Origin: Armatimonadota bacterium
GTDB lineage: Bacteria; Armatimonadota; Chthonomonadetes; Chthonomonadales; CAJBBX01
Direction: 5' to 3'
Assembly (NCBI GenBank): GCA_026392115.1
Contig: JAPLCQ010000035.1
Location: 2,914 to 66,913 of the forward strand
DNA length: 64,000 nt
In this document: in pieces, positions 1 to 8,598 of the stretch
How the letters are laid out: the number at the start of each line of letters is the position of its first letter
How positions within the stretch are numbered: position 1 is the stretch's first letter
Position numbers and translations under genes: made by a program
The notes under the pieces: model-generated
The model's database searches: none
What the model was told of the DNA's origin: nothing
Seen by the model: the letters and a program-made list of their open reading frames with translations, nothing else

Positions 1-408
1 GGGATCGTCCGCGAGGTGGACCGCGACGGCAAGGTCCTCCGCGAGTGGCCGCCTGCGCCCATGCCGGTCTGCGCCCTGCGCCTGCCCAACGGCAACACGC
101 TGATCAGCGCCAACGGCGCCGTCACCGAGTACGCGCCCGACCTGGCGGTCGTCTGGCGCGTGGACAAGGAGTGGTTGGCCGACATCGACGTGGCTGTCCC
201 GGCAGGGATCCAGCGTTTGCCGAACGGCAACACGGTGATCTGCAACTGGAACACGCAGGGTGCAGGGGGCAAGGACGCGGCGCACATCATCGAGGTGACG
301 CCGGACAAGCGGGTGGTATGGCAGGTGAACAACGCCGCCATCGGGCAGGTTGCCCAGTGCCAACTGCTGGACGACCGCTGGCTGCCGCGTACGGACCCGA
401 TCCGGTAG
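1..408 (+). CDS. C-terminal fragment of a beta-propeller repeat protein (5' end lies outside the window)
   Basis: The frame is open from base 1 (GIVREVDRDGK...) to the TAG at 406-408. It has repeated LPNGNT(L/V)I ... VVW blade-like segments. No precise family could be assigned. Confidence 0.5.
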   Translation, partial: GIVREVDRDGKVLREWPPAPMPVCALRLPNGNTLISANGAVTEYAPDLAVVWRVDKEWLADIDVAVPAGIQRLPNGNTVICNWNTQGAGGKDAAHIIEVTPDKRVVWQVNNAAIGQVAQCQLLDDRWLPRTDPIR

Positions 409-434
409 GCCGGGATCGGGCAACTGACTGGGAG

Positions 435-463
435 AAGGCGGGGCCGGCAGCGACCCCGCCTTT
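435..463 (+). terminator. Intrinsic-terminator-like hairpin between convergent genes
   Basis: AAGGCGGGG (435-443) pairs with CCCCGCCTT (454-462) across a 10-nt loop, followed by T/G-rich sequence. It lies in the 66-nt gap between two convergent stop codons. Confidence 0.45.
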
Positions 464-474
464 GGTCGGCAGGG

Positions 475-1479
475 CTAGTCGAGGGCGAAGAACTCCAGCG
501 TTCGGCCCGCGTTGTCCTTACCCGCGGTCAGCACGAGGAAACCCCAGGTCTTGCCGTCCTTGGGATCGAGACCGTAAGCGACGTCCAGCACCGAACCCGC
601 CAGCTTGGGGCTGGTCCAGACAGGCTTCACGGAACCCGTGGCGATGGCCGCCATGTCGGTGACCACGATCTTTGCCTCAAGGCCCTCGCCGATCACAGCC
701 CAGGCGTTGAGCGTATTGTCCGCGCGGGCGTCCACCAGGCCGAAGATGCCGGCCTTGGCGATGTCCGCCGGCCAGCCGAGGGCGGACAGGGCGTCGGCGG
801 GGAGCTTGGCGGTGAGCCAGGAATAGGTCCCCGCGCCCTGGTCGGGCATCACCATGGAAGGCCCGTAGCCGATCCCATCGGTGGCGTCGGCCTTCACGGT
901 CCAGACGGCAGGCTGGCCGGCGCCATCGAAGAAGAAGGCGCACTCGGCGCCGTCGGTGAAGCGCACCGTTCCCGTGATTGTCTCAACCGAGGGCGACGGG
1001 ATTTTTGCGTACGTGTCGCCCTTCTTCACGAAGACCGCGCCCGGCACGATGATGCTGCCCGGCGCGTTGGAGCCGGCGAAGGAGCCCGCGACGAACTGCG
1101 AGGCTTTGGGACCCAGGTCCACGGTCCCATCGGACGCGGCCTTCCCCTCGGCGATCTTGTGCAGCGTCAGCGTGGTCCCTGCGCCCAGTGTGGCGACGCG
1201 CATGCTGTGCTTGCCGTCGGCGTCCACCAGGGCGGCTCGGCGAGCGTCGGCCGGAGCCTCAACACGCCAGGATGAGACGTATGCCGGAGGCATGCCCGCC
1301 AGACTGAGCTTGTGGGCCTTGTAGTAGGTCCCCTTGGCGTTGAGCTTGGTGCTGTCCGCTGCGACGTGGCAGTAGGTGCACGCCTTCTTCTCCTTGGCGG
1401 CGTACTTGGGCATCGCCTGCGCGGACATCGTCGCCATCAGGCTCGCGGCGGCCAACCCGCCGGCTATCCATCGATGCAT
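475..1479 (-). CDS. Secreted protein with a single N-terminal CxxCH heme-c motif and a large uncharacterised domain
   Basis: ATG at 1479 is preceded by GGGAG with a 6-nt spacer. There is a signal peptide (MHRWIAGGLAAASLMATMSAQA) followed by CTYCH. The remaining ~280 aa have no motif I recognise. Confidence 0.6.
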   Translation of the reverse strand: MHRWIAGGLAAASLMATMSAQAMPKYAAKEKKACTYCHVAADSTKLNAKGTYYKAHKLSLAGMPPAYVSSWRVEAPADARRAALVDADGKHSMRVATLGAGTTLTLHKIAEGKAASDGTVDLGPKASQFVAGSFAGSNAPGSIIVPGAVFVKKGDTYAKIPSPSVETITGTVRFTDGAECAFFFDGAGQPAVWTVKADATDGIGYGPSMVMPDQGAGTYSWLTAKLPADALSALGWPADIAKAGIFGLVDARADNTLNAWAVIGEGLEAKIVVTDMAAIATGSVKPVWTSPKLAGSVLDVAYGLDPKDGKTWGFLVLTAGKDNAGRTLEFFALD

Positions 1480-1509
1480 TCGTTTCTCCCTCGACCGGTA
1501 AGGTCGTCC

Positions 1510-1956
1510 TTACTTCCATGAACGAGTGGCGACCGCCACCATGACGCAGGGACCGCCGAAGACGGCCTGCATGCCGTGGGAGCGCGCCAGGTTGACCGCC
1601 GCCTCGGACTCCGATCCGGGCTGCATCCAGACGATGCGGATGTCCGCATGGCCTGCCGCCTGCATGGCCGCCTCCGTGGCGGCGGGCGGCGTCACTGTGA
1701 TCAGCAAATCCGGCCGCTCAGGCAGGCAGTCGATCTGCGGGTAGACGGTGTCGCCGTCGATGTCGTCCGCGTTTGGGTTCACGGCATAGACCTTGTACCC
1801 GGCGCGCTTCATCGACGTATAGACCTTGTGTCCGTATTTGGCCGGATCGCGCGAGGCGCCCAGCACTGCCACGGACCGGGCGCCCAGGGCGGCGTCGATG
1901 ATGGGCCTGAACTGGGCCGCGGTCTCGCCGCCGAATCGCGTACCGTCGTCGGGCAT
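1510..1956 (-). CDS. CoA-binding domain protein (YccU/YneT-like)
   Basis: The internal ATG at 1956 gives 148 aa with SVAVLGASRDPAKYGHKV and a Rossmann-like CoA-binding pattern. The longer track ORF (to 2466) runs antisense through the RNase P RNA gene and was rejected. Confidence 0.8.
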   Translation of the reverse strand: MPDDGTRFGGETAAQFRPIIDAALGARSVAVLGASRDPAKYGHKVYTSMKRAGYKVYAVNPNADDIDGDTVYPQIDCLPERPDLLITVTPPAATEAAMQAAGHADIRIVWMQPGSESEAAVNLARSHGMQAVFGGPCVMVAVATRSWK

Positions 1957-2000
1957 TGCACTCTCCTCTGCCCGGCGCGAGTCGCGTGTGGGCGATCCCA

Positions 2001-2030
2001 TTCTACCGGGTTGGGCCGTCGTGCTACAAT
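2001..2030 (+). promoter_or_regulatory. Candidate promoter of rnpB
   Basis: An extended -10 TGcTACAAT lies at 2022-2030, about 7 nt before the predicted 5' end of RNase P RNA. The -35 is weak (TTCTAC, 2001-2006). Confidence 0.4.
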
Positions 2031-2035
2031 CACAG

Positions 2036-2375
2036 CCGGCAGAGGGTTGGGTGGCCGCTCCGGCTTCGGCTGGAGAGGAAAGTCCGGGCTCCACAGGGCA
2101 CGATGCCGGATAACGTCCGGGCGGGGCGACCCGACGGAAAGTGGCACAGAAATGACACAGCCGCTTCGGCGGCAACGGTGAAATGGTGCGGTAAGAGCGC
2201 ACCGGCGGCCGGGAGACCGGTCGGCCTGCCAAACCCCATTGGGAGCAAGGCTCGACAGGAGGGGGTGATGCTGCCCGCTGACCCTCCGGGTGAGCCGCTT
2301 GAGGCCGCGAGCAATCGCGCGTCCCAGACAGATGGCCACACAAAGACAGAACCCGGCTTATAGACCCTCTGCCAC
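2036..2375 (+). ncRNA. rnpB: RNase P RNA, bacterial type A
   Basis: Contains GAGGAAAGTCCGGGCTCCACAGGGCA, GGATAACGTCCGGG, GAAAGTGGCACAGAAA and ACAGAACCCGGCTTA. P1 pairing is GGCAGAGGGT (2038-2047) with ACCCTCTGCC (2364-2373). Confidence 0.9.
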
Positions 2376-2399
2376 TATCGCCTGCCGCGCGCGGGCCGT

Positions 2400-2428
2400 T
2401 TGACTTGCCCGTAGGGGTCTGGTATACT
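2400..2428 (+). promoter_or_regulatory. Sigma-70-type promoter for infC-rpmI-rplT
   Basis: TTGACT (2400-2405), a 17-nt spacer, then TATACT (2423-2428). Confidence 0.55.
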
Positions 2429-2468
2429 TGACCCCGTTCGAGTCGAGTACCACACTGGGGGTCCATCC

Positions 2469-2999
2469 ATCAATAAAGATTTCCGCGTCAATGAGCAAAT
2501 CCTGCGCTTTTCCCGGGAGTACCCGAGGGTGCGGGACGTACGCCTGATCGGTGAAGAGGGCGAGCAGCTCGGCATCATCGAAGTTCGGCAGGCCCTGGCA
2601 ATGGCCAAGGAGCGTGGCCTCGACCTGATCGAGGTGGCTCCACAGGCGGCGCCTCCTGTCTGCCGCGTCATGGACTACGGCCGCTACAAGTACGAGCAAG
2701 GCAAGCGCGACAGGGAATCCCAGAAGAAGCAGAAGGGCGGCGACCTGAAGGGACTCTTCCTCAGGCCGGGCACCGACGATCATGACCTTGAGTTCAAGCT
2801 CAAGAACACCATGAAGTTTCTTCAGGATGGGGACAAGGTGAAGGTGACCGTCAGGTTCCGGAGCCGCGAGATCACCCATCCCGAGTTCGGAAGGCGACTT
2901 CTGGACCGGGTGGTGGAGGCCTCGACGGACGTGGCGGTGGTTGAGAAGCCACCGTCCATGGAAGGCCGGACCATGACGATGATACTCGCACCGAAGTAG
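2469..2999 (+). CDS. infC: Translation initiation factor IF-3; likely non-canonical ATC start (the first canonical start is GTG 2529)
   Basis: VRLIGEEGEQLGII and the C-terminal domain are unmistakable. The frame is open upstream to 2415 and encodes the conserved (I)NKDFRVNEQI segment. GGGGG (2457-2461) lies 7 nt before ATC 2469. Confidence 0.75.
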   Translation: MNKDFRVNEQILRFSREYPRVRDVRLIGEEGEQLGIIEVRQALAMAKERGLDLIEVAPQAAPPVCRVMDYGRYKYEQGKRDRESQKKQKGGDLKGLFLRPGTDDHDLEFKLKNTMKFLQDGDKVKVTVRFRSREITHPEFGRRLLDRVVEASTDVAVVEKPPSMEGRTMTMILAPK

Positions 3000-3110
3000 C
3001 TCGACGGGTTCTACGGACTGGATGTGGCGGCGACGACCCGCTCGCGGGTCGTCGCCCGTTTGTTCGTGTACGGCTTGGCGGACCTAACTGCCACGCCTCG
3101 AGGTGACAGG

Positions 3111-3311
3111 ATGCCGAAGCAGAAGACGCGTAAGACCGTGGCCAAGCGGTTCAAGATCACCGGTACCGGCAAGCTCATGCGCCGTTCAACCGGTATGAAC
3201 CACCTGATGCGGAAGAAGACCAACTCCCAGAAGCGCGTGCTCACCAAGGGCACCGAGCTCTTCAAGGGTGACAAGTCCCGCATCGTCCGCATGCTTGCCG
3301 GAATCAGCTAA
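3111..3311 (+). CDS. rpmI: 50S ribosomal protein L35
   Basis: MPKQKTRKTVAKRFKITGTGKLMRR. The ATG at 3111 is preceded by AGGTGA. Confidence 0.9.
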   Translation: MPKQKTRKTVAKRFKITGTGKLMRRSTGMNHLMRKKTNSQKRVLTKGTELFKGDKSRIVRMLAGIS

Positions 3312-3396
3312 CCCAAGTCCCAGCCGCACCGCGGCGCTCGAGCACGGGAACCCAAAGTGGGCGGCATGCCCCTCCCGTCTGTGAGGAGAGTTTTGT

Positions 3397-3762
3397 ATGG
3401 CTAGAGTCAAACGTGGCATGATGGTCCACAAGCGCCACAAAAAGGTGCTTGAGGCCGCAAGCGGCTATTTCGCCGGCAAGAGGTCGCTCTTCAAGACCGC
3501 CAACGAGCAGATCCAGAAGAGCGGCAACTACGCGTATCGCGACCGGCGCAACAAGAAGCGCAACTTCCGCCGCCTCTGGATCACTCGTATCAACGCCGCC
3601 TGCCGCATGAACGGTATGCCGTACAACCGCTTCATGGAGGGCCTGCGCAAGGGCGGCGTGATGATCGACCGGAAGGTCCTTGCCGATCTGGCAGTGCATG
3701 ATCCGGCGACGTTTGCGAAGATCGTGGCCCAGGCTGCGAGCGGGCTGACGGTCACCGAGTAG
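3397..3762 (+). CDS. rplT: 50S ribosomal protein L20
   Basis: [24 protein letters not shown]...[30 protein letters not shown] Shine-Dalgarno lies upstream. Confidence 0.95.
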   Translation: MARVKRGMMVHKRHKKVLEAASGYFAGKRSLFKTANEQIQKSGNYAYRDRRNKKRNFRRLWITRINAACRMNGMPYNRFMEGLRKGGVMIDRKVLADLAVHDPATFAKIVAQAASGLTVTE

Positions 3763-3799
3763 CCGGCGTCTCAGTTCGAACATCTGTCAGGCAAGGCTT

Positions 3800-3848
3800 A
3801 CGCCCCGCTCGCAGGCTCTTCCGGGAGCTTGCACGCGGGGCGTTTGTG
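3800..3848 (+). terminator. Long interrupted hairpin between rplT and pheS (terminator or attenuator)
   Basis: A 9-bp outer stem (ACGCCCCGC 3800-3808 / GCGGGGCGT 3835-3843) encloses an 8-bp inner stem, followed by TTGTG. No T-box motif and no Phe-rich leader peptide were seen. Confidence 0.5.
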
Positions 3849-3876
3849 CGAGGGGCGTAGGTCAGGGGGCGACTGC

Positions 3877-4857
3877 ATGGATGATCTGGCACGGTTGGTG
3901 GCGGAGGCGGAGGCCGAGGTGGCTGGGGCCGCCTCCACGGCGCAGTTGGCCCGGGCGGAGGCCGCCTATCTCGGCGGCAAGGGCGCGCTACAGGCGCAGT
4001 TGAAGACCATCGGATCGCTGCCCAAGGAGGAGCGGCCCGGGTTCGGCGCCCGGCTGAACGCGGCCAAGGCGACGGTGCTGGCCTCCATCGAGGCGCGGCG
4101 CGGCGATCTGGCGGCCGCTGAGGCGCAGGGGCGCCTGGCCGCCGAGTCCATCGATGTCACCCTTCCCGGCGCGCCGCCCTTGCTCGGACGCATCCACCCC
4201 CTGACGCGGACCATCCAGCAGGTGAAGTCGGTCCTCATCGGCCTCGGCTTCCGGATCGTGGACGGACCCGAGCTGGAGGACTACGCCTATAACTTCGCCG
4301 CCCTGAACTACCCCGAGGACCACCCGGCCTTCGACGAGCAGATGACCTTCTATGTGGATGACACGCGCCTGCTCCGCACGCAGACCACGGCCCTGCAGGG
4401 GCGCACGCTCCAGGGAGCACGGCTTCCGCTTCGGTGCGCCACAGTGGGCCGGTGCTTCCGATACGAGGCCGTCGATGCCACGCACCACCACACCTTCCAC
4501 CAGGTCGATGTCTTCATGGTCGACGAGGGCGTCTCCATGGCCGACCTCAAGGGTGCGCTCAAGCAGTTCGCCGGGGCCATGTTCGGCGGCGACGTGCAGG
4601 TGCGCTTCCGGCCCGACTACTTCCCGTTTGTTGAGCCGGGCGTCGACTACTCAATCTACTGGCAGGGGCGCTGGCTGGAGCTTGGCGGGGCGGGGCTCAT
4701 CCACCCGAACATCCTGGAGAGCCACGGCATCGACTCGGAGCGCTACAGCGGCTTCGCCTTCGGTCTGGGCATCGAGCGGATTCACATGATCCAGAACGGC
4801 GTCACCGACCTGCGCTGGTACCTGGCCAACGACCTGCGGTTCCTGCGCCAGTTCTAG
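3877..4857 (+). CDS. pheS: Phenylalanine--tRNA ligase alpha subunit
   Basis: Class II aaRS motifs are present (FRxE: RCFRYEAVDATHHHTFHQVD; GLGIERI). The ATG at 3877 has AGGGGG 7 nt upstream. The track start at 3829 lies inside the hairpin. Confidence 0.9.
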   Translation: MDDLARLVAEAEAEVAGAASTAQLARAEAAYLGGKGALQAQLKTIGSLPKEERPGFGARLNAAKATVLASIEARRGDLAAAEAQGRLAAESIDVTLPGAPPLLGRIHPLTRTIQQVKSVLIGLGFRIVDGPELEDYAYNFAALNYPEDHPAFDEQMTFYVDDTRLLRTQTTALQGRTLQGARLPLRCATVGRCFRYEAVDATHHHTFHQVDVFMVDEGVSMADLKGALKQFAGAMFGGDVQVRFRPDYFPFVEPGVDYSIYWQGRWLELGGAGLIHPNILESHGIDSERYSGFAFGLGIERIHMIQNGVTDLRWYLANDLRFLRQF

Positions 4858-4895
4858 GGCGCGCCCCATGAAGACCCGATGATCGGAGTGACCCC

Positions 4896-6941
4896 ATGAG
4901 ACTCTCGCTTGAATGGCTGGAACAGCACGCACCCACCGGCATGGCCGCCGACGAGGCCGCCACCACGCTGACCATGGCGGGTCTAGAGGTGGAGGAGACC
5001 GAGGAGTCCGATCTGGGGCCCGTCCTCAACATCAAGGTGACGCCGAACCGGGGCGACTGCTTGTCGGTCATTGGCCTCGCTCGCGAGATGGCCGCCGCGG
5101 CGCGGAAGCCGTTCATCGATGTCGCTGCCGCGGCAACGCCGGACGGAGGCGAGGCCGGCGACCTGGTCCAAGTGACCATCGAGGCGCCCGACCTCTGTCC
5201 ACGCTATGCCGCCCGCGTGGTGCGGAACGTGACCATCGGCGCGTCGCCGGAGTGGATGCGGCGGCGCCTCGTCGCCGCAGGCATGCGGCCCATCAATAGT
5301 GTCGTCGATATCACCAACTACGTTATGCTCGAACTCGGCCAGCCGCTTCACGCCTTCGACCTGCCGCTGTTGCGCGGCGCCGCCATCCGCGTGCGGCGCT
5401 CGAAGCCGGGCGAGGCGATCACCACGCTGGACGGCGCCGAGCGCCCGCTGGCCGAGGGCCTGCTCATCATCGCGGACGATGAGCGCCCGGTGGCCGTGGC
5501 AGGCGTCATGGGCGGCGCCGACACGGAGATCGGGCCGAGGACGACGACGATCCTGCTGGAGTCCGCCCATTTCGACCGCAAGGCCGTCCGGCGCTCCTCC
5601 AAGGCGCTTGGGCTGCAGACCGAGGCGTCGTACCGGTTCGAGCGTATCGTGGACCCCGCCGGCGTGGTGCGCGCCCTGAACCGCGCGTGCGACCTCATCG
5701 CCGACCTGGGCGCGGGAACGCCGGTTGACGGTGTCGTTGACGTCTATCCCGGCGCCGTTCCCGTGCGGACCGTGACGCTGCGACTTGCCCGCGTCTCGCA
5801 GATGCTCGGCTTCGACCTCTCGGCCGACGAGGTGCAGAAGAGCCTGCAGGCCCTTGGCTTCGACGTGACCGAGTGCGAGGGCGAGGCCCTGGCCGTTCAG
5901 ACGCCGTCGTGGCGGCCCGACGTGGTGCGCGAGATCGACCTAATCGAGGAGGTCGGCCGCGTGGTGGGCTATGGGCGCATGCCCGAGAAGCTGCCGTCCG
6001 GCGCCACCACGCAGGGCGGCGACAGCGACCTCGGGCGGCAGATGACGCTGGCGCGCGAGGTGCTGGTGGGCGCAGGGCTCACCGAGGTCGTGGGGCACTC
6101 GCTGGTTGCCGCCACGCCCCTGGACGACGACGGCGGTGAGCGCGTTGCCATCCGCACCGCTCTCTCGTCGGAGCTCTCCGGCCTGCGCAGGAGCCTCCTG
6201 CCGGGCCTCGCCGATGTGCTCGCCAGATCCGTCCGGCGCGGGCAGCCGCAGGTCGCTCTGTTCGAGGTGGCCCGCGTGTTCCATGAGGCGCCGGGCGGCC
6301 ACACGGAGACGCTATCCGTCGGCGCGCTCCTGCACGGCGCTCCGTCGACCGATGCCTGGCGTGCCGCCGATCGACCGGCGCCGGCTGACTACTACACCGT
6401 CGCGGGCCTGGCGCAGGCCCTCTGCGCTGCGTTCAAGACCGAGCCGCCGGTCATGCGCCGCGCTTCCGACGCCCGCTTCCATCCCGGCCGCAGCGCCGAG
6501 ATCGTGGTGGGCGGCGAGGTCATCGGCGTGGCCGGCGAACTGCACCCGGCCGTTGCCGCCGACCTGGACCTGCGGGAGCGCGCCGTGGCGTTGGAGCTCT
6601 CACTGGCGGACCTCGTGGCGGCAGGACGGCGCACCATGGGGTTCGTTGAGCCCAGCGCATTCCCCGGCGTTACCCGCGACCTGGCGCCGCGCATCGCGTC
6701 CGACACGCCCCACGAGGCGGTGCGGCAGGCGGCCCTCGATGCGGCCCCGGAGACGCTGGAGGGGTTGGCCCTGACCGATGTCTACTCCGGTCCCAACCTG
6801 CCCGCGGGCGCCCGGAGCCTCACGCTCTCGTTCACCTTCCGTGCGCTGGACCGCACGCTGACCGACGACGAGGTGGAGACGGCCATGGCCGCCATTCGCG
6901 CCGCACTGGAGCGGGAGTGTGGGGCGACCTTCGTCGCCTGA
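4896..6941 (+). CDS. pheT: Phenylalanine--tRNA ligase beta subunit (short form lacking the N-terminal OB/tRNA-binding insert)
   Basis: Contains MRLSLEWL...TMAGLEVEE, then VTPNRGDCLSVIGLAREM, the B3/4 region (MRPINSVVDITNYVMLELGQPLHAFD), B5 and a C-terminal FDX-ACB-like domain. Confidence 0.9.
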   Translation: MRLSLEWLEQHAPTGMAADEAATTLTMAGLEVEETEESDLGPVLNIKVTPNRGDCLSVIGLAREMAAAARKPFIDVAAAATPDGGEAGDLVQVTIEAPDLCPRYAARVVRNVTIGASPEWMRRRLVAAGMRPINSVVDITNYVMLELGQPLHAFDLPLLRGAAIRVRRSKPGEAITTLDGAERPLAEGLLIIADDERPVAVAGVMGGADTEIGPRTTTILLESAHFDRKAVRRSSKALGLQTEASYRFERIVDPAGVVRALNRACDLIADLGAGTPVDGVVDVYPGAVPVRTVTLRLARVSQMLGFDLSADEVQKSLQALGFDVTECEGEALAVQTPSWRPDVVREIDLIEEVGRVVGYGRMPEKLPSGATTQGGDSDLGRQMTLAREVLVGAGLTEVVGHSLVAATPLDDDGGERVAIRTALSSELSGLRRSLLPGLADVLARSVRRGQPQVALFEVARVFHEAPGGHTETLSVGALLHGAPSTDAWRAADRPAPADYYTVAGLAQALCAAFKTEPPVMRRASDARFHPGRSAEIVVGGEVIGVAGELHPAVAADLDLRERAVALELSLADLVAAGRRTMGFVEPSAFPGVTRDLAPRIASDTPHEAVRQAALDAAPETLEGLALTDVYSGPNLPAGARSLTLSFTFRALDRTLTDDEVETAMAAIRAALERECGATFVA

Positions 6942-8598
6942 GCGCCTTCCCACTAAGCCACCGTTGCCGCCGGCCGAGCGAGCCTGGCGGCTGGCGCTGG
7001 CGCTCGTCGTCGCGGCGGCCCTGGCGGTGCGCCTGTGGGGCGTCACCTGGTCGTTGCCGGCCGGCGAGCGCCTGCTGACCTACCACCCGGACGAGGGCGT
7101 CAACCTGGTCTCCGGCGTGCTTCAGGAGGGCAGGCTCCGACCGCACCTCGACCTGGGCTTCTACAACTACGGCACGCTCTACTTCTACGTCTGGCAGGCG
7201 GCGGCCGCCGTCAACAGCGCGTACGGGCTCGTTTCGTGGCCCGCTCCGCCGGCGGCGCCGAGCACCGACGGCGCCGGCGCGCTCATCCTGGTGGGTCGGC
7301 TCGTCTCCGTCGGGTCTGCGGCCCTCACGGTGCTGCTCTGCGGCCTTACCGGGCGTCGGCTGCATGGGCGCAGGGGCGGACTCGTGGCCGCCGCCGTGGT
7401 GGCCGCGGCGCCGCTTTCTATCATCCACAGCCGCTTCGCCACCGTAGATGCGTTCGCTACGCTGCTGACCACCGCCGCGATCTGGGCCTCGGTCCGAGCC
7501 CGCCGGGAGGGCCGTGTGGGGCTCTGGATGGCCGTGGCAGGCGGCCTTGCGGGCCTTGCCGGAGCTGCCCGGTACAACGCCGTCCTTGCGCTGGCGGCGC
7601 CGCTGGTGGCCGCGTTCTGCCTCCAGGTTCCGTGGCGCCGTCGTGCCAAGTACGCCCTGATGGCGGCTGCGGCTTGCGTTCTCCTGTTCCTCTTGGCTTG
7701 CCCCGGCGTCTTCCTCAACTGGCCCCGGTTCAGCGCGGACCTGCTCTTCGAGATGCGCAAGTCGCGCACGGGCATGGGTCTGCTCTTCGCCCAGACCGGC
7801 AACGGCTGGTGGTACCACCTGGTCACGTCGCTCCGCCTTGCCGTGGGCTGGCCGCTGCTGGCGGCGGGTCTGGCGGGCTGGGCGCTGACCGCGCGGCGGG
7901 GCCTGAGCGAGGCGGCGCCCGTGGCGGCGTTCGCACTGGTCACCTACGCGCTCATCGGTGCGGCCGCGGTTCGCTTCTGGCGTTACGTGATGCCGCTGCT
8001 GCCGGCGCTGGCCATCGGGGCCTCGGCCCTGATAGCCTGTCGCGGAGGCATGGGTAGGTGGTTCAGGGCGCCTGCCCTGGCCGCGGCGCTCGTGGCCGCG
8101 GGTCTGGCATACGCTGCGTGGCTCTCGCTGGCATACACGAAACTGATGGTGACGGCCGATCCCCGCGACCAGGCTGCGGCAGCAATCGGCGCCGCCGGTC
8201 CCGAGATCACCGTGGCGTTCGCCACCACGCCCTGGTACTGGTCGCCTCCGCTGGCGCCAGAGTTCGGCCTGCCCTCGTCGGGGGTCTCGCGCCGCCGCGC
8301 CATCCTCGCGTCGGAGGCAGGCGCCCGCCTGCGCCTTCCGGCCGAGAACACCGAATGGGACCAGTCAGCGCTGAACCCGCCGCCCACGGTCGTGGCCGTC
8401 GGCGACTTGGAGAGCCAGGATGCCCTGCGCCTGCGCGTGGCGAGCGCCGTGGCCTTTATGGCGGCCCTTCGGCCACGCCGGGCGCAGGCGTTCGAGGGGC
8501 GCGCCGAGGCGCTGGGCCTGAGGCTGCGCAAGGAGCCGACGCTGCCGAACGACCTGCTCTACATCTGGCCCCGCGTGACGCTCTACTGGACCCGTTGA
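6919..8598 (+). CDS. Polytopic membrane glycosyltransferase, GT-C fold (GT39/PMT_2/ArnT-like)
   Basis: About 12 hydrophobic segments with an early luminal-loop motif (YHPDEGVNLVSG). The start is uncertain: GTG 6919 overlaps the pheT end, and TTG 6964 is an alternative. Confidence 0.7.
   Translation: MGRPSSPERLPTKPPLPPAERAWRLALALVVAAALAVRLWGVTWSLPAGERLLTYHPDEGVNLVSGVLQEGRLRPHLDLGFYNYGTLYFYVWQAAAAVNSAYGLVSWPAPPAAPSTDGAGALILVGRLVSVGSAALTVLLCGLTGRRLHGRRGGLVAAAVVAAAPLSIIHSRFATVDAFATLLTTAAIWASVRARREGRVGLWMAVAGGLAGLAGAARYNAVLALAAPLVAAFCLQVPWRRRAKYALMAAAACVLLFLLACPGVFLNWPRFSADLLFEMRKSRTGMGLLFAQTGNGWWYHLVTSLRLAVGWPLLAAGLAGWALTARRGLSEAAPVAAFALVTYALIGAAAVRFWRYVMPLLPALAIGASALIACRGGMGRWFRAPALAAALVAAGLAYAAWLSLAYTKLMVTADPRDQAAAAIGAAGPEITVAFATTPWYWSPPLAPEFGLPSSGVSRRRAILASEAGARLRLPAENTEWDQSALNPPPTVVAVGDLESQDALRLRVASAVAFMAALRPRRAQAFEGRAEALGLRLRKEPTLPNDLLYIWPRVTLYWTR

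Noticed and set aside
1957-2466. The N-terminal 170 codons of the minus-strand ORF 1510..2466.
   Set aside because: This part runs antisense through the RNase P RNA gene and has a junk-like sequence. The CoA-binding domain starts at the internal ATG 1956.
3763-3876. A T-box leader or Phe-rich attenuator peptide upstream of pheS.
   Set aside because: There is no T-box sequence (…GGTGGTACCGCG…) or specifier-loop architecture, and no Phe-codon-rich mini-ORF. Only a terminator-like hairpin is present.
8058-8597. The long N-terminal extension of the XerC/D ORF, and the possibility that the recombinase marks a mobile element.
   Set aside because: The extension lies out of frame inside the GT39 gene and is junk-like. 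The recombinase has the housekeeping Xer architecture, sits in an operon with overlapping junctions, and has no flanking repeats or att-like sites.
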